DNA from: a bacterium
Lineage (GTDB): Bacteria; Patescibacteriota; Minisyncoccia; Minisyncoccales; CG1-02-41-26
Length of the DNA: 64,000 nucleotides
NCBI GenBank assembly: GCA_030619905.1
Contig: JAUXAO010000002.1
Span: 65,193 to 129,192, forward strand
Direction of reading: 5' to 3'
Position numbers and translations under genes: made by a program. Below, one piece after another: positions 35,626 through 44,186 of the stretch; the stretch's first letter is position 1, and each line of letters opens with the position of its first letter. The notes below the pieces were generated by a model. The model did no database searches, had not been told where the DNA came from, and worked only from the letters and a program-made list of their open reading frames with translations.

Positions 35626-35930
35626 AAGATAATAAATTAATAAGTGACTATTGCCGGTTTAGTGACTACTACCGGTGGATTTGGCGTTACAATTACCGTG
35701 ACCGAATCGGTTCCTGTCTTGATTTCAGTCGCATCTTTACAGGTAAGAGTGAAAGTATATGTCTTTACAGTATTCATTTGAATTGTTTGGGAACCAGAAA
35801 TTGCTTTTGAACCTGACCAATCGCCAGAAGCCTGGCAAGAAACTGAATTTTCTGACGTCCAGGACAAAATGACATTATCCTTGTAAGAAACAGTAATTGG
35901 TCCATTTGAATTATTGGCTTTGATATCTAC
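35626..35930. repeat. 305-bp direct repeat, copy 1 (3' end of the surface-protein gene plus 11 nt of 3' flank)
   Basis: Aligns without gaps to 36378-36682 (offset 752). By hand count there are about 15 mismatches in 305 nt. Confidence 0.85.
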
Positions 35931-36314
35931 GATTATTGGCAGACATTTGGTAGTAAAGGTCTTATTCTCGCCATAAGAAGTGTCGGCACTGTTTTTGGCT
36001 ACTGCTCGGTAATTATAGGCAGTACAAGGATCTAAATTATAGACAGTGGCACAAAAAATACCTATTCCATATTTCGAAGAATGAGGACTTTCAAAACCAT
36101 AGCTCATAGTTTTCCCGTACTGAAACCAAACTTCTAAATTAGGATCTCCCCCGTCATCAATTACTTCACCAACTAAAGTAGCCTGTGTTTCTTCCACTAC
36201 GGTATTCGAAGGACAACTTCCTTGAGCTAATGCAAAATGAACCAATACCAAGCTCGCTGCTAAAAAGATGGTGAAAAATAATATGTTTTTTAATACTGCT
36301 TTTTTTATTACCAT
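35637..36314 (-). CDS. surface protein paralog (FN3-like N-domain plus Ig-like C-domain)
   Basis: Signal peptide. The N-domain is paralogous to 34054..35616 and the C-terminal ~100 aa are nearly identical to 36389..37123. It ends ..TKPAIVTY. Confidence 0.6.
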   Translation of the reverse strand: MVIKKAVLKNILFFTIFLAASLVLVHFALAQGSCPSNTVVEETQATLVGEVIDDGGDPNLEVWFQYGKTMSYGFESPHSSKYGIGIFCATVYNLDPCTAYNYRAVAKNSADTSYGENKTFTTKCLPIIVDIKANNSNGPITVSYKDNVILSWTSENSVSCQASGDWSGSKAISGSQTIQMNTVKTYTFTLTCKDATEIKTGTDSVTVIVTPNPPVVVTKPAIVTY

Positions 36315-36377
36315 AATTTTGTTTGTTTTATTTTTTTTCTCGACTTTATATTTGACTATTTTCTAATTTTTTCTTTA

Positions 36378-36682
36378 AAGATAATAAATTAATAAGTGAC
36401 TATTGCCGGTTTAGTGATTACTACCGGTGGATTTGGCGTTACAATTACCGTGACCGAATCGGTTCCTGTCTTGATTTCAGTCGCATCTTTACAGGTAAGA
36501 GTAAATGTATTTGTTTTTACTTCATTCATCTGAATTGTTTGGGAACCAGAAATTGCTTTTGTTCCTGACCAATCGCCAGAAGCCTGGCAAGAAACTGAAT
36601 TTTCTGACGTCCAGGACAAAATAATATTATCCTTGTAAGAAACAGTAATTGGTCCATTTGAATCATTGGCCTTGATATCTAC
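36378..36682. repeat. 305-bp direct repeat, copy 2
   Basis: See 35626-35930. Confidence 0.85.
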
Positions 36683-37123
36683 TGAAGGAGCTAAGTAGCC
36701 ACAATCCTCTGGGCAATTGAAACTGGTTTCTCCACAACTTGAATTACAAGTTCCATCTCCGCAGTAATAACACTGGCTGTCACAAGATTGCCAAGAAGAC
36801 CATTCATAGCAACAGTCAGAATCATAATTACTACAAGTTCTACCAGAAGTGCCTGAACACTCGTGTTGACCAACATAGGCGCATTCATCAGCACAAGTTG
36901 GAGGATTTGTATACCACTGAGACCATTCATAGCAGCAGTCAGAATCATAATCACCACAAACCCTATAAGAATCCCCTGATGTTTGTGTTTGACCTACATA
37001 AGCACATTCATCGGCACAAGTGCCAGTTACATCAATTAGTGCCAAAACAGAAAACGGCTGGACCAAAAGAAAACCAGCCAAAATAACAGGAAACAGTTTT
37101 TTATTTAATTTATTTAATTTCAC
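36389..37123 (-). CDS. surface protein paralog (two Cys-rich CADECAYVGQ...CCYEWS modules plus Ig-like C-domain)
   Basis: Signal peptide. The internal ~40-aa Cys-rich module occurs twice, and the C-terminal domain is shared with the 35637 gene. The track start is a GTG and there is no nearby ATG. Confidence 0.55.
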   Translation of the reverse strand: MKLNKLNKKLFPVILAGFLLVQPFSVLALIDVTGTCADECAYVGQTQTSGDSYRVCGDYDSDCCYEWSQWYTNPPTCADECAYVGQHECSGTSGRTCSNYDSDCCYEWSSWQSCDSQCYYCGDGTCNSSCGETSFNCPEDCGYLAPSVDIKANDSNGPITVSYKDNIILSWTSENSVSCQASGDWSGTKAISGSQTIQMNEVKTNTFTLTCKDATEIKTGTDSVTVIVTPNPPVVITKPAIVTY

Positions 37124-37156
37124 ACTAATTAAATTTATTTTATTTAGGATAGTTGT

Positions 37157-37185
37157 ATTATAGATTATCTATTCAAAAATGTCAA
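37157..37185 (-). promoter_or_regulatory. sigma-70-type promoter for the 37123 gene
   Basis: Minus strand reads TTGACA (37185-37180), a 17-nt spacer, then TATAAT (37162-37157). Confidence 0.55.
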
Positions 37186-37291
37186 GCTTTTTAGAATATT
37201 TTAATCTTAATCTTTTTTATTTCTTTGTCAATAGAAAAGGCATCATTCCTTATATTAAATATTAAAGAATAATGCCTTTATTTTTCTAGTG

Positions 37292-37804
37292 TTAATACAA
37301 TACTATTTCGGTTATCCTGTAGTCTGGCGACATTTTAATAGGCCCGCCATTGGTTACTTTGTAAAATTCAACCTTATTATTCCAATTATCCCAGACTGCT
37401 GTTATGTAAGTTTCCATCCCGTTTGAATATTTTACATATCCGAATGGAAGTAACCCACACCCTGGCTGTGCATGAAATGTGCTTATTATATCAACTGACA
37501 TAATATTGATATTATTAATTACTTTTTGTGTATCCTCCACACTAGTCAGTTGATAAACCTCCTTGGCCGGCCACCTAGGATAAGCGAACGGTGCAATATC
37601 CCTCATATGATTAATCATCCCCTTCGTTATCTCATTATATGGAGGCTGCCCTACAGGACAACAGGTTATCTCTGTTAATATTTGAGGTTTAAATTGTGGC
37701 TGGGGATAAGGAGGACAAGTAATACAGCAACAACCCCCTAAGAGCATATTAACAGTGACAACGATCATAACAAGTAATCCAAAATTCTTTAGATTCTTTC
37801 TCAT
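37292..37804 (-). CDS. hypothetical lipoprotein
   Basis: Signal peptide ending in the lipobox-like LLGGC, followed by CCITCPPYPQPQ. Confidence 0.5.
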   Translation of the reverse strand: MRKNLKNFGLLVMIVVTVNMLLGGCCCITCPPYPQPQFKPQILTEITCCPVGQPPYNEITKGMINHMRDIAPFAYPRWPAKEVYQLTSVEDTQKVINNINIMSVDIISTFHAQPGCGLLPFGYVKYSNGMETYITAVWDNWNNKVEFYKVTNGGPIKMSPDYRITEIVLY

Positions 37805-37839
37805 CTTTCTCTCCTTTCTTTTTTTATTTCAAACTTTCC

Positions 37840-38466
37840 TTATTCTATTTTTAATTTTAATGTTGACTCCACGGCAATTCTTCTGATATTTTTACCAGGG
37901 GGCCAACAACTAACTAATATTAACATATTATCAGAATTTGTCAAGATATTTTCAGGAATTTCCTCTCCTTTTTCTAAAAAAATCTTTCTTTCTACAGAAT
38001 AATTATATTTTTGATGATTAAAATAAATAAATATCTCATCTCCTTTCTCTAATTCATTAAGAAGGGTAAAAACATTGTCATATTTTATATCTGGCCAATT
38101 AGGAGGAGCACTGTGTCCTAGGATTATAGTTTGGCCTTTTTCTCCAGGTAAAACTGAATCTGGATAATGAACTACCCCAGTATCTAAAGTTTTATGCACT
38201 TTATCTACATCTTCAACAAAAACTAGAGGAGCTAAAACTTCAATCTTAGGAATTTCTAAACTATTTTCTTTTTCAGAATACTCAAATTCTATTGTTTCAG
38301 GTGCATCAGATTCAATAGGAGTATCTTTTTGAAAAAAATTAGATATAGATTCAGAAATCACCCTATAATTAAAAATCCAGGAAATATCATTCCAGTTTAT
38401 AATCAAAAAACTTATCAGAAATATAAAAATAAAAGCCCTATAAAGCCGCTTAATATCTTGTTTCAT
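37840..38466 (-). CDS. sortase family transpeptidase
   Basis: N-terminal TM, catalytic His (IILGHS), the Cys motif LILVSCWP (TLxTC-like) and a downstream Arg (NIRRIAV). Confidence 0.75.
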   Translation of the reverse strand: MKQDIKRLYRAFIFIFLISFLIINWNDISWIFNYRVISESISNFFQKDTPIESDAPETIEFEYSEKENSLEIPKIEVLAPLVFVEDVDKVHKTLDTGVVHYPDSVLPGEKGQTIILGHSAPPNWPDIKYDNVFTLLNELEKGDEIFIYFNHQKYNYSVERKIFLEKGEEIPENILTNSDNMLILVSCWPPGKNIRRIAVESTLKLKIE

Positions 38467-38473
38467 TAAATTT

Positions 38474-39490
38474 TTAATAAATGCCTAAGTTATGCGGAAT
38501 GAGTTGAATTATAAATTCTTTGTTTGCGAGGATGAATAGAATCAATATAGCTGTAAATAAAGCTGTTTTTAAAATTAAATCTTTATGTTGGATGTCAAAT
38601 CTAACAAAGATATTAATAATTAAAGAAATAGTGATTAAAAATAGAGAATAGAATGTGATTTTCTGAACAAGATTATTATAATCTAATACCATAAATTTCA
38701 GGAATTTAAATTTAAACCCATTTTCTTCCTCTGCTGTAAATGGTTCAAGATAAGTTTCTCCTAAAATCTCTCCCTCTAATTTATCTTTTTCAATTTCCTC
38801 TTTTGTCTTCTGAACTAGTTCAGTTGTTTCTTCTTCTTTCTCTTCTTCTTTCTCTTCTTCTACTTGCTCATCTTTAATTTCTTCTTCAGGTTCTTGTTCT
38901 GTTTTAACTGATTCTATCTCTCTTGGAGAACCAAAAAGCTGGACTACTACAATTGTTTCATTGCCTTTAAAATCTCCTTTTAAAACAGCTATACCAATAT
39001 CTTCATATTTTGGATTTACAAGATTAGCTTTATGAGAAGAAGAATCATCCCAGGCCTGATAGATTTCTTCTGAATCCAAAAATCCTATACCTAAATTTTC
39101 TCCAGCCATCTGATAATTATAGCCTACTTTCTGAAACCAATACCAAGGAGTAGTACCAGCTGGACTTTCATGGCTAAAATAACTATAAATTATCATGTCT
39201 TGGGCTTTCAAATAAGCAGCTTCGTTCAATAAACTATCTTCTTTTAAAGAACTGATGCCCAATGACTGTCTTTCTTTATTAGTAAGTTCAATTAAGACTG
39301 AATGTGAGATATCAGTAAAAAATATTGTTTGGGGAAAATAAACTAAAAAAAGAACAACAATTAGCTTTAAGGCAAGTAAAACTATAATATAGCGAAGTAA
39401 AACATTACTTTCTAAAAATTTAGGCCGATAGTTGTTCTCTTGGCAAGGAATAAATATTATTTGAAGTTTTGAAATAAGTCTCTTAAACAT
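38474..39490 (-). CDS. CAP/SCP (YkwD-like) domain protein with Glu/Lys-rich linker and C-terminal TM segments
   Basis: CAP-domain pattern NKERQ..G...L......L...A..KA.DM....YFSH.SP.G..P..W....GY....AGENLG. Confidence 0.7.
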   Translation of the reverse strand: MFKRLISKLQIIFIPCQENNYRPKFLESNVLLRYIIVLLALKLIVVLFLVYFPQTIFFTDISHSVLIELTNKERQSLGISSLKEDSLLNEAAYLKAQDMIIYSYFSHESPAGTTPWYWFQKVGYNYQMAGENLGIGFLDSEEIYQAWDDSSSHKANLVNPKYEDIGIAVLKGDFKGNETIVVVQLFGSPREIESVKTEQEPEEEIKDEQVEEEKEEEKEEETTELVQKTKEEIEKDKLEGEILGETYLEPFTAEEENGFKFKFLKFMVLDYNNLVQKITFYSLFLITISLIINIFVRFDIQHKDLILKTALFTAILILFILANKEFIIQLIPHNLGIY

Positions 39491-39512
39491 ATCTTTTCAT
39501 TTACCGTCTCTA

Positions 39513-39540
39513 ATTATAATGCTTTTTCCTGAAAAGTCAA
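39513..39540 (-). promoter_or_regulatory. sigma-70-type promoter for the CAP-sortase operon
   Basis: Minus strand reads TTGACT (39540-39535), a 16-nt spacer, then TATAAT (39518-39513). Confidence 0.55.
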
Positions 39541-39542
39541 GG

Positions 39543-39567
39543 AAAAAGGGCTACAAGAAGCCCTTTT
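39543..39567 (-). terminator. intrinsic terminator after the 39592 gene
   Basis: Minus strand reads AAGGGCT-TCTTGT-AGCCCTT followed by TTTCC. Confidence 0.55.
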
Positions 39568-39591
39568 CAATATTATCTGCAAATAGGATTA

Positions 39592-40581
39592 CTATTGGAT
39601 TAAATCCATGGATTGTCCTAATAATTCAGAAACTGGAAAAATTTCCTCAATTGATTTGACATTTTCAGGAATCTCAATGTTTATTTCCTGATCAAAATCA
39701 GACAAATTACAATTAACAGTTATTTTGGCTGTTTCTCCTTCAGTGGTAATTTCCTCTTCCATTTTAAATCTATAAAGTAAATAATCTTTTGTCCCAACCC
39801 ATAATTCAAAATCCATTTCCTTTATTTTTTCAGATGATTCTCTGAAATTTTCTATAAATTCTTCTTTATTAATTTCAGAGAAAGTTCCATACTCATCGTA
39901 TTTAGATAAAATGTCAAAAAGATCAGGAAGCAGGTCTTCTATAACTTCTACATTTAAAGAAACCAAAAAATGATAAACTTTTTTATCTCCTATCTTATCA
40001 TCAGGAAACTTCTCATTTATTTTTAGGAATTCTTTTTCCTCAAATAATTCTGCTATCTCTTCCAACATCTTTTCGCTCTCTGCTATTTTCTCTTCAGAAA
40101 GATCTGACATTTCTCCTACATCAAGTTCTATCCACTGGTTTTCCATTTTGCTGATATCTAAACCAAAGGCTCCTAAAAAAGCAGTAATCGGTGCAGGAAT
40201 AGTAACTATTTTATAATATGCCTTTTGTTTAGAACTTATTAATTCTGCTTTTAGAGACATATCCATTCCTTGAAGGCTTAATCTTATTTCTAAATCAGCT
40301 TTTGACTTTGGATTTTCAGCATCGCTATTATCAACATCCCCTACTATTCTTAAATTAATTCCTTCTAAACCTAAGCTATTTAATGAAGAGGACTCTACCT
40401 GTTCGAATTTTACTGCTAAATCATAATGCAATGTTTTTACTTCTCCCATTTTGGTAAACATTCTGGAAAGCACCTCTTGATCAGAAAGAGCAAAAGGATA
40501 CCAACCCTGGATATAAGAAAGAACACCTAATCCTGCTATTCCGATTAAAACAATGATAGATATCAATGCTATTTTCTTCAT
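39592..40581 (-). CDS. hypothetical exported protein (N-terminal TM/signal anchor)
   Basis: ORF track. It begins 8 nt after the AAA+ gene stop, so it is probably co-transcribed. Confidence 0.5.
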   Translation of the reverse strand: MKKIALISIIVLIGIAGLGVLSYIQGWYPFALSDQEVLSRMFTKMGEVKTLHYDLAVKFEQVESSSLNSLGLEGINLRIVGDVDNSDAENPKSKADLEIRLSLQGMDMSLKAELISSKQKAYYKIVTIPAPITAFLGAFGLDISKMENQWIELDVGEMSDLSEEKIAESEKMLEEIAELFEEKEFLKINEKFPDDKIGDKKVYHFLVSLNVEVIEDLLPDLFDILSKYDEYGTFSEINKEEFIENFRESSEKIKEMDFELWVGTKDYLLYRFKMEEEITTEGETAKITVNCNLSDFDQEINIEIPENVKSIEEIFPVSELLGQSMDLIQ

Positions 40582-40589
40582 AAGATAAA

Positions 40590-43304
40590 TTAACTGATTA
40601 TTAACTCAAAATTTTGGGGTTCGACTTTTACTTTATCTCCTTTTTTCAATTTATCGCTTAAAATGGCATTTGCCAAAACATTTTCAACATTATTCTGAAT
40701 TGCTCTTTTCATTTCCCGAGCTCCAAAGATCGGAGAATATCCCAGTTCTACAATTTTTTCTTTTAAATCTTCGGTAATTTCAAATTCTATTCCCTTGTCC
40801 AAGAGATTTTTGCTAAGTTTTTTCAACATAAGCTGGGAAATGTCTAAGAGGCTCTTTTTGGTTAAAGGTTTAAAAACAACAACAGCGTCAAATCGATTGA
40901 TAAATTCAGGTCGGAAAATAGCTTGCCTAAAAAGATAATCAAGAAGTTCAGTTTTTATAATATCTAATTTCTTGTTTTCTCTAATGTCCTGTCGGATAAC
41001 TTCTGCACCAGCGTTTGAGGTAGCAATAATTATGGCCTGTTTGAAATTAACCTTTCGTCCTAAACCATCTGTTAACATTCCTTCGTCCAAAACTTGTAGA
41101 AACAAATTTAAGATATTGGGATGCGCTTTTTCAATCTCATCGAGAAGAATCAAAGAAAATGGATCTTCTCGAACAGCAGTTGTTAAAAGACCATCTTGTT
41201 GAGCAGAACCAATCAACCGAGGAATATCATTAATGCTTTGGAATTCTGACATATCTATTCTTATCATTTTTTCCTCTTTACCAAAATATATCTCTGTCAA
41301 TGCTTTTGAAGTCTCTGTTTTTCCGACTCCAGTTGGTCCTAAAAACAGAAATGTTCCTATTGGTTTTGTTCTTGTTTGAACTCCGGCTCTGGCCCTTCTC
41401 AGGGCTGATGCTGTTTCTTTAACTGCTTCATCTTGATTGATAATCCTTTTATGAATTAAACTCTCTAAATTAAGTAAAACTTCTTTTTCTTTAAACTCTA
41501 TTTTTCCAATCGGTATTTCTATTTTTTCCGAGATTATATGATTTACATGCTCTGGTAAAACCAAAGAACTGGTTGTTGAATGACTAACATAAACCATAAC
41601 CTCATCTAAAACATTAATTGCTTTTTCAGGAAAGGGAGCATCCTGGATGTAAAGAGAGCTTAATCTGACAATTTCCCTTAAAGCAGGATAAGTAATGAAT
41701 TTTTTGTATTTCTCCTCAAAAGACCCTACATAATTTTCTAAAAACTGCAAAGTCTGCTCTGAGGAAATTTCAGATATTTCAACTTTTTCAAAAAGACTCA
41801 AAATACCGGGTTTTCTCTCAATAACTTTATGAAGTCCTTCAAAACTTGTAATAGCTATGACCTGAAAGGTTGATAAGTGCAGATAACGAGATAAAATTCC
41901 GGAAATATCAATTTTTCCTAAGCCTGAAGATTCTTGAAGGAAATTTGAGAATTCCTCAAGAATTAAAATTACATTCCCTGCTTTAACTGTTTCTTTAAAA
42001 CATTCGTCTAAAATAGCTTCGGTTTCCTCAAAAGAAGTTACTTGGGAAACAAGACTACTAAGATTAATTTTTAAAAATCTTTTGTAATTTACAGATGAAG
42101 AACTTTGTCCCAGAAAGGCTTTCTGAGCTACCCCCTCAATAACGCTCTTTCGACCACTCCCTGAATCACCTATTAAAAGGACATTGTTTAAAACTTCTCT
42201 TTCTAATACTCTTTCTACTCGTTCAATTTCCTTTTTATGTCCAACAACAAGTCTAAACCCGTTTTTGCTTATTTCCTTTCTTAGATCAAAAGAATATTGA
42301 TCAAGAGTTATGGTAAAACCTGAGGCCCAATCTCTACCTAAAAATCCTCGTTTTAGCAGGTTCTTATATTCCCAGAATTTTTTTGCTTCAGAGATTTCTT
42401 TTTCTAATCTTTCAAACCAAAAAACTAGATTTTTGATATCTTCTTTTTTAAGATCATTTTCTATTAAGATTTTCTGGAAATAAGTACTATTTTGGGCAAA
42501 ACTGATTAAAATGTCACCAGCATTAATAATTTCTTTCCCTTTTTCTCTAGCAATTTTCCCTGCTTCAGATATTATTTGCTTCGCGCTAAGATCACCTTCG
42601 TACTTATTTTCTTTAATCTCTCTTTTTAATGTTTTTTCAATTTCTTTAAAATTAAAATATCCCCTGTTAAAGATAAAAATTACTTGTTTGATTTTACTTT
42701 TCAAAAGGAAATGAAGAAGAATTTTTTCAGAGACGACAATTTTTCTTCTTTTAGCAAAATTCTCAGCTTTAGATAAAACCCTTCCTGTTTCATAATTTAA
42801 ATTATATTTCTGTTTAGTTTTTCTTTTTCTCTCTTTTGAAAAACCATTAATCACAAAGAATATAATTACTAAATTAAAGATCAAAATTATTGCACCTGAG
42901 CTATAATCAATAATCAAAAGTCTTAAACTCAGATAAAAAGATATGATTAGCAAGATTGGCAGAAAGATCCAAATTAAAAATGCAACTATCCCAGTAATAA
43001 AAATAAAGACCTCAAATATAAGGCCTACTAAAATTATGACTGTTCTTACTATTGCTCCCAAAATTCTGGAAGTTGAATTAAAAATAAACGCTTCCAGATA
43101 TCTTTTGAGATCAAACCCCCTTCCATAAGATTCTTTGTATCTCCGCCAGGGAGTAAAAAAGGTTTTAAGCAAAAAAGGAACTGAAAAGTAATTAAAATTA
43201 AAAAGCAAAAAGCCTTTAAAGATTCTCAATATATTCTTTGGTACTCCTATAAAATGCCAAACTAGCCATTGGGAAAGCATATTTTTGGTTAGAAAACTAG
43301 TCAT
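40590..43304 (-). CDS. membrane-anchored Clp/Hsp100-family AAA+ ATPase (two NBDs, with NBD1 atypical)
   Basis: The N-terminal ~170 aa carry several TM helices. NBD1 Walker A reads GDSGSGRKS (Arg at the canonical Lys position). NBD2 is canonical: GPTGVGKTE, LILLDEIEKAH, RPEFINRFD. Confidence 0.8.
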   Translation of the reverse strand: MTSFLTKNMLSQWLVWHFIGVPKNILRIFKGFLLFNFNYFSVPFLLKTFFTPWRRYKESYGRGFDLKRYLEAFIFNSTSRILGAIVRTVIILVGLIFEVFIFITGIVAFLIWIFLPILLIISFYLSLRLLIIDYSSGAIILIFNLVIIFFVINGFSKERKRKTKQKYNLNYETGRVLSKAENFAKRRKIVVSEKILLHFLLKSKIKQVIFIFNRGYFNFKEIEKTLKREIKENKYEGDLSAKQIISEAGKIAREKGKEIINAGDILISFAQNSTYFQKILIENDLKKEDIKNLVFWFERLEKEISEAKKFWEYKNLLKRGFLGRDWASGFTITLDQYSFDLRKEISKNGFRLVVGHKKEIERVERVLEREVLNNVLLIGDSGSGRKSVIEGVAQKAFLGQSSSSVNYKRFLKINLSSLVSQVTSFEETEAILDECFKETVKAGNVILILEEFSNFLQESSGLGKIDISGILSRYLHLSTFQVIAITSFEGLHKVIERKPGILSLFEKVEISEISSEQTLQFLENYVGSFEEKYKKFITYPALREIVRLSSLYIQDAPFPEKAINVLDEVMVYVSHSTTSSLVLPEHVNHIISEKIEIPIGKIEFKEKEVLLNLESLIHKRIINQDEAVKETASALRRARAGVQTRTKPIGTFLFLGPTGVGKTETSKALTEIYFGKEEKMIRIDMSEFQSINDIPRLIGSAQQDGLLTTAVREDPFSLILLDEIEKAHPNILNLFLQVLDEGMLTDGLGRKVNFKQAIIIATSNAGAEVIRQDIRENKKLDIIKTELLDYLFRQAIFRPEFINRFDAVVVFKPLTKKSLLDISQLMLKKLSKNLLDKGIEFEITEDLKEKIVELGYSPIFGAREMKRAIQNNVENVLANAILSDKLKKGDKVKVEPQNFELIIS

Positions 43305-43644
43305 TTATTTTTAATAATCTGATTCCAATAACTGCTAATTTTTCACCTCCCATAAACAAAATTATAGCAAAAATTGACCAACTCATTAAATTAAAGAGTT
43401 TAATCAGAAATTCAGGGGGGAACATTTCTTGAAACTGTTCTTTGATTATTTGCTGTATTTCTTCTTGCGTTTCTGTTTCAATACTCCCTCCTTCTTTTTT
43501 CAAAGAAACATCTTGAGTTGTTGAAAGTTTAAAAATCTCATAAACCGGTCTTTGGGCAGTAAAAATCTCAAAAGAAGTCCAAATTACCCAGATTATTATT
43601 AAAACCCCTATTACTAAGAGAACCCAGCCAAATATTTTTTTCAT
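43297..43644 (-). CDS. hypothetical two-TM membrane protein
   Basis: ORF track. It overlaps the AAA+ gene start by 8 nt. Confidence 0.5.
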   Translation of the reverse strand: MKKIFGWVLLVIGVLIIIWVIWTSFEIFTAQRPVYEIFKLSTTQDVSLKKEGGSIETETQEEIQQIIKEQFQEMFPPEFLIKLFNLMSWSIFAIILFMGGEKLAVIGIRLLKIND

Positions 43645-43720
43645 AATCCTATAAATTACGAATATTTACAGATTACACATAGTGTAAATTTAACCTTTAT
43701 TTAATTTTACCATTTTCAAC

Positions 43721-43968
43721 AAAAAAGGAAAAGGAGAGGAGGAGGAAATCTTTTGATTTCAGAATGAAACTAATAAGTTAGTTTCAAAACTGAAAAGATT
43801 TCTCCCGACTCTCCTTTAGGTCATATATGAAATATGACTTGTTAAACTTGTTAATGTGCTATTGATAATCCTTTTCCCAAAATTACCTGAGCCCCAGTTC
43901 CATTTAAGAGATTACTCTTTTAGGAACTGGGAAAGACTATCAGGAAAGATACCTCTCTTTATCCTTCC
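43721..43968 (-). ncRNA. candidate ~248-nt structured non-coding RNA or leader of unknown class
   Basis: It lies between a consensus promoter (43975-44003) and a U-tract (43721-43726). Hand-found helices are GGAAGGATA/TATCTTTCC, CCCAGTTCC/GGAACTGGG (with nested AAGAG/CTCTT), GTCATAT/ATATGAC, and a ~40-bp terminal hairpin AAGGAGAG..GGAG.AAATCTTTT / AAAAGATTT.CCTCC..CTCTCCTT. It has no ORF longer than 6 codons. Confidence 0.5.
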
Positions 43969-43974
43969 ATCTAT

Positions 43975-44003
43975 ATTATAACAAAGTAATTTGTCTCTGT
44001 CAA
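43975..44003 (-). promoter_or_regulatory. consensus sigma-70 promoter
   Basis: Minus strand reads TTGACA (44003-43998), a 17-nt spacer, then TATAAT (43980-43975). Confidence 0.65.
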
Positions 44004-44048
44004 GCCAAATAGGATTAGATTTGGATTAGAGAACCACAATAATATCTG

Positions 44049-44120
44049 TGGGCAATGCAGGATTTGAACCTGCGACCTTCCGCATGTGAAGCGGACACTC
44101 TACCACTGAGCTAATTGCCC
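44049..44120 (-). tRNA. tRNA-Val (anticodon CAC)
   Basis: Hand-folded cloverleaf: GGGCAAT/ATTGCCC acceptor, D arm GCTC-AGTGGTA-GAGT, anticodon arm TCCGC-TTCACAT-GCGGA, T arm GCAGG-TTCAAAT-CCTGC, discriminator A. Confidence 0.85.
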
Positions 44121-44186
44121 ATATTTTTATTTTATCATTTTTGTGCTTATAATAGAATAGATAATAGATAAAACGTTTAAGTAATT

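Noticed and set aside
35626-36682. I considered whether the 305-bp near-identical repeats are a diversity-generating retroelement TR/VR pair.
   Set aside because: There is no reverse transcriptase in the window. Both copies are in-frame coding 3' ends of paralogous genes. The roughly 15 differences are mixed transitions and transversions in both directions, not adenine-specific.
38800-38880. I checked whether the short tandem ttcttctttctc-type repeats (also 57290..57330) are a possible CRISPR or satellite array.
   Set aside because: They are in-frame Glu/Lys-rich low-complexity linkers of the CAP-domain and CaCA proteins. There is no repeat-spacer periodicity anywhere in the window.
43721-43968. 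I tested whether the structured RNA downstream of tRNA-Val is RNase P RNA, SRP RNA or tmRNA.
   Set aside because: AAAGGAGAGTCGGGAG only loosely resembles the RNase P CR-I GAGGAAAGUCCGGGC, and no CR-IV/V partner (ACAGAA..GGCUUA) follows. There is no GGAAGCAGC SRP motif and there are no tRNA-like ends. Its class is therefore left open.
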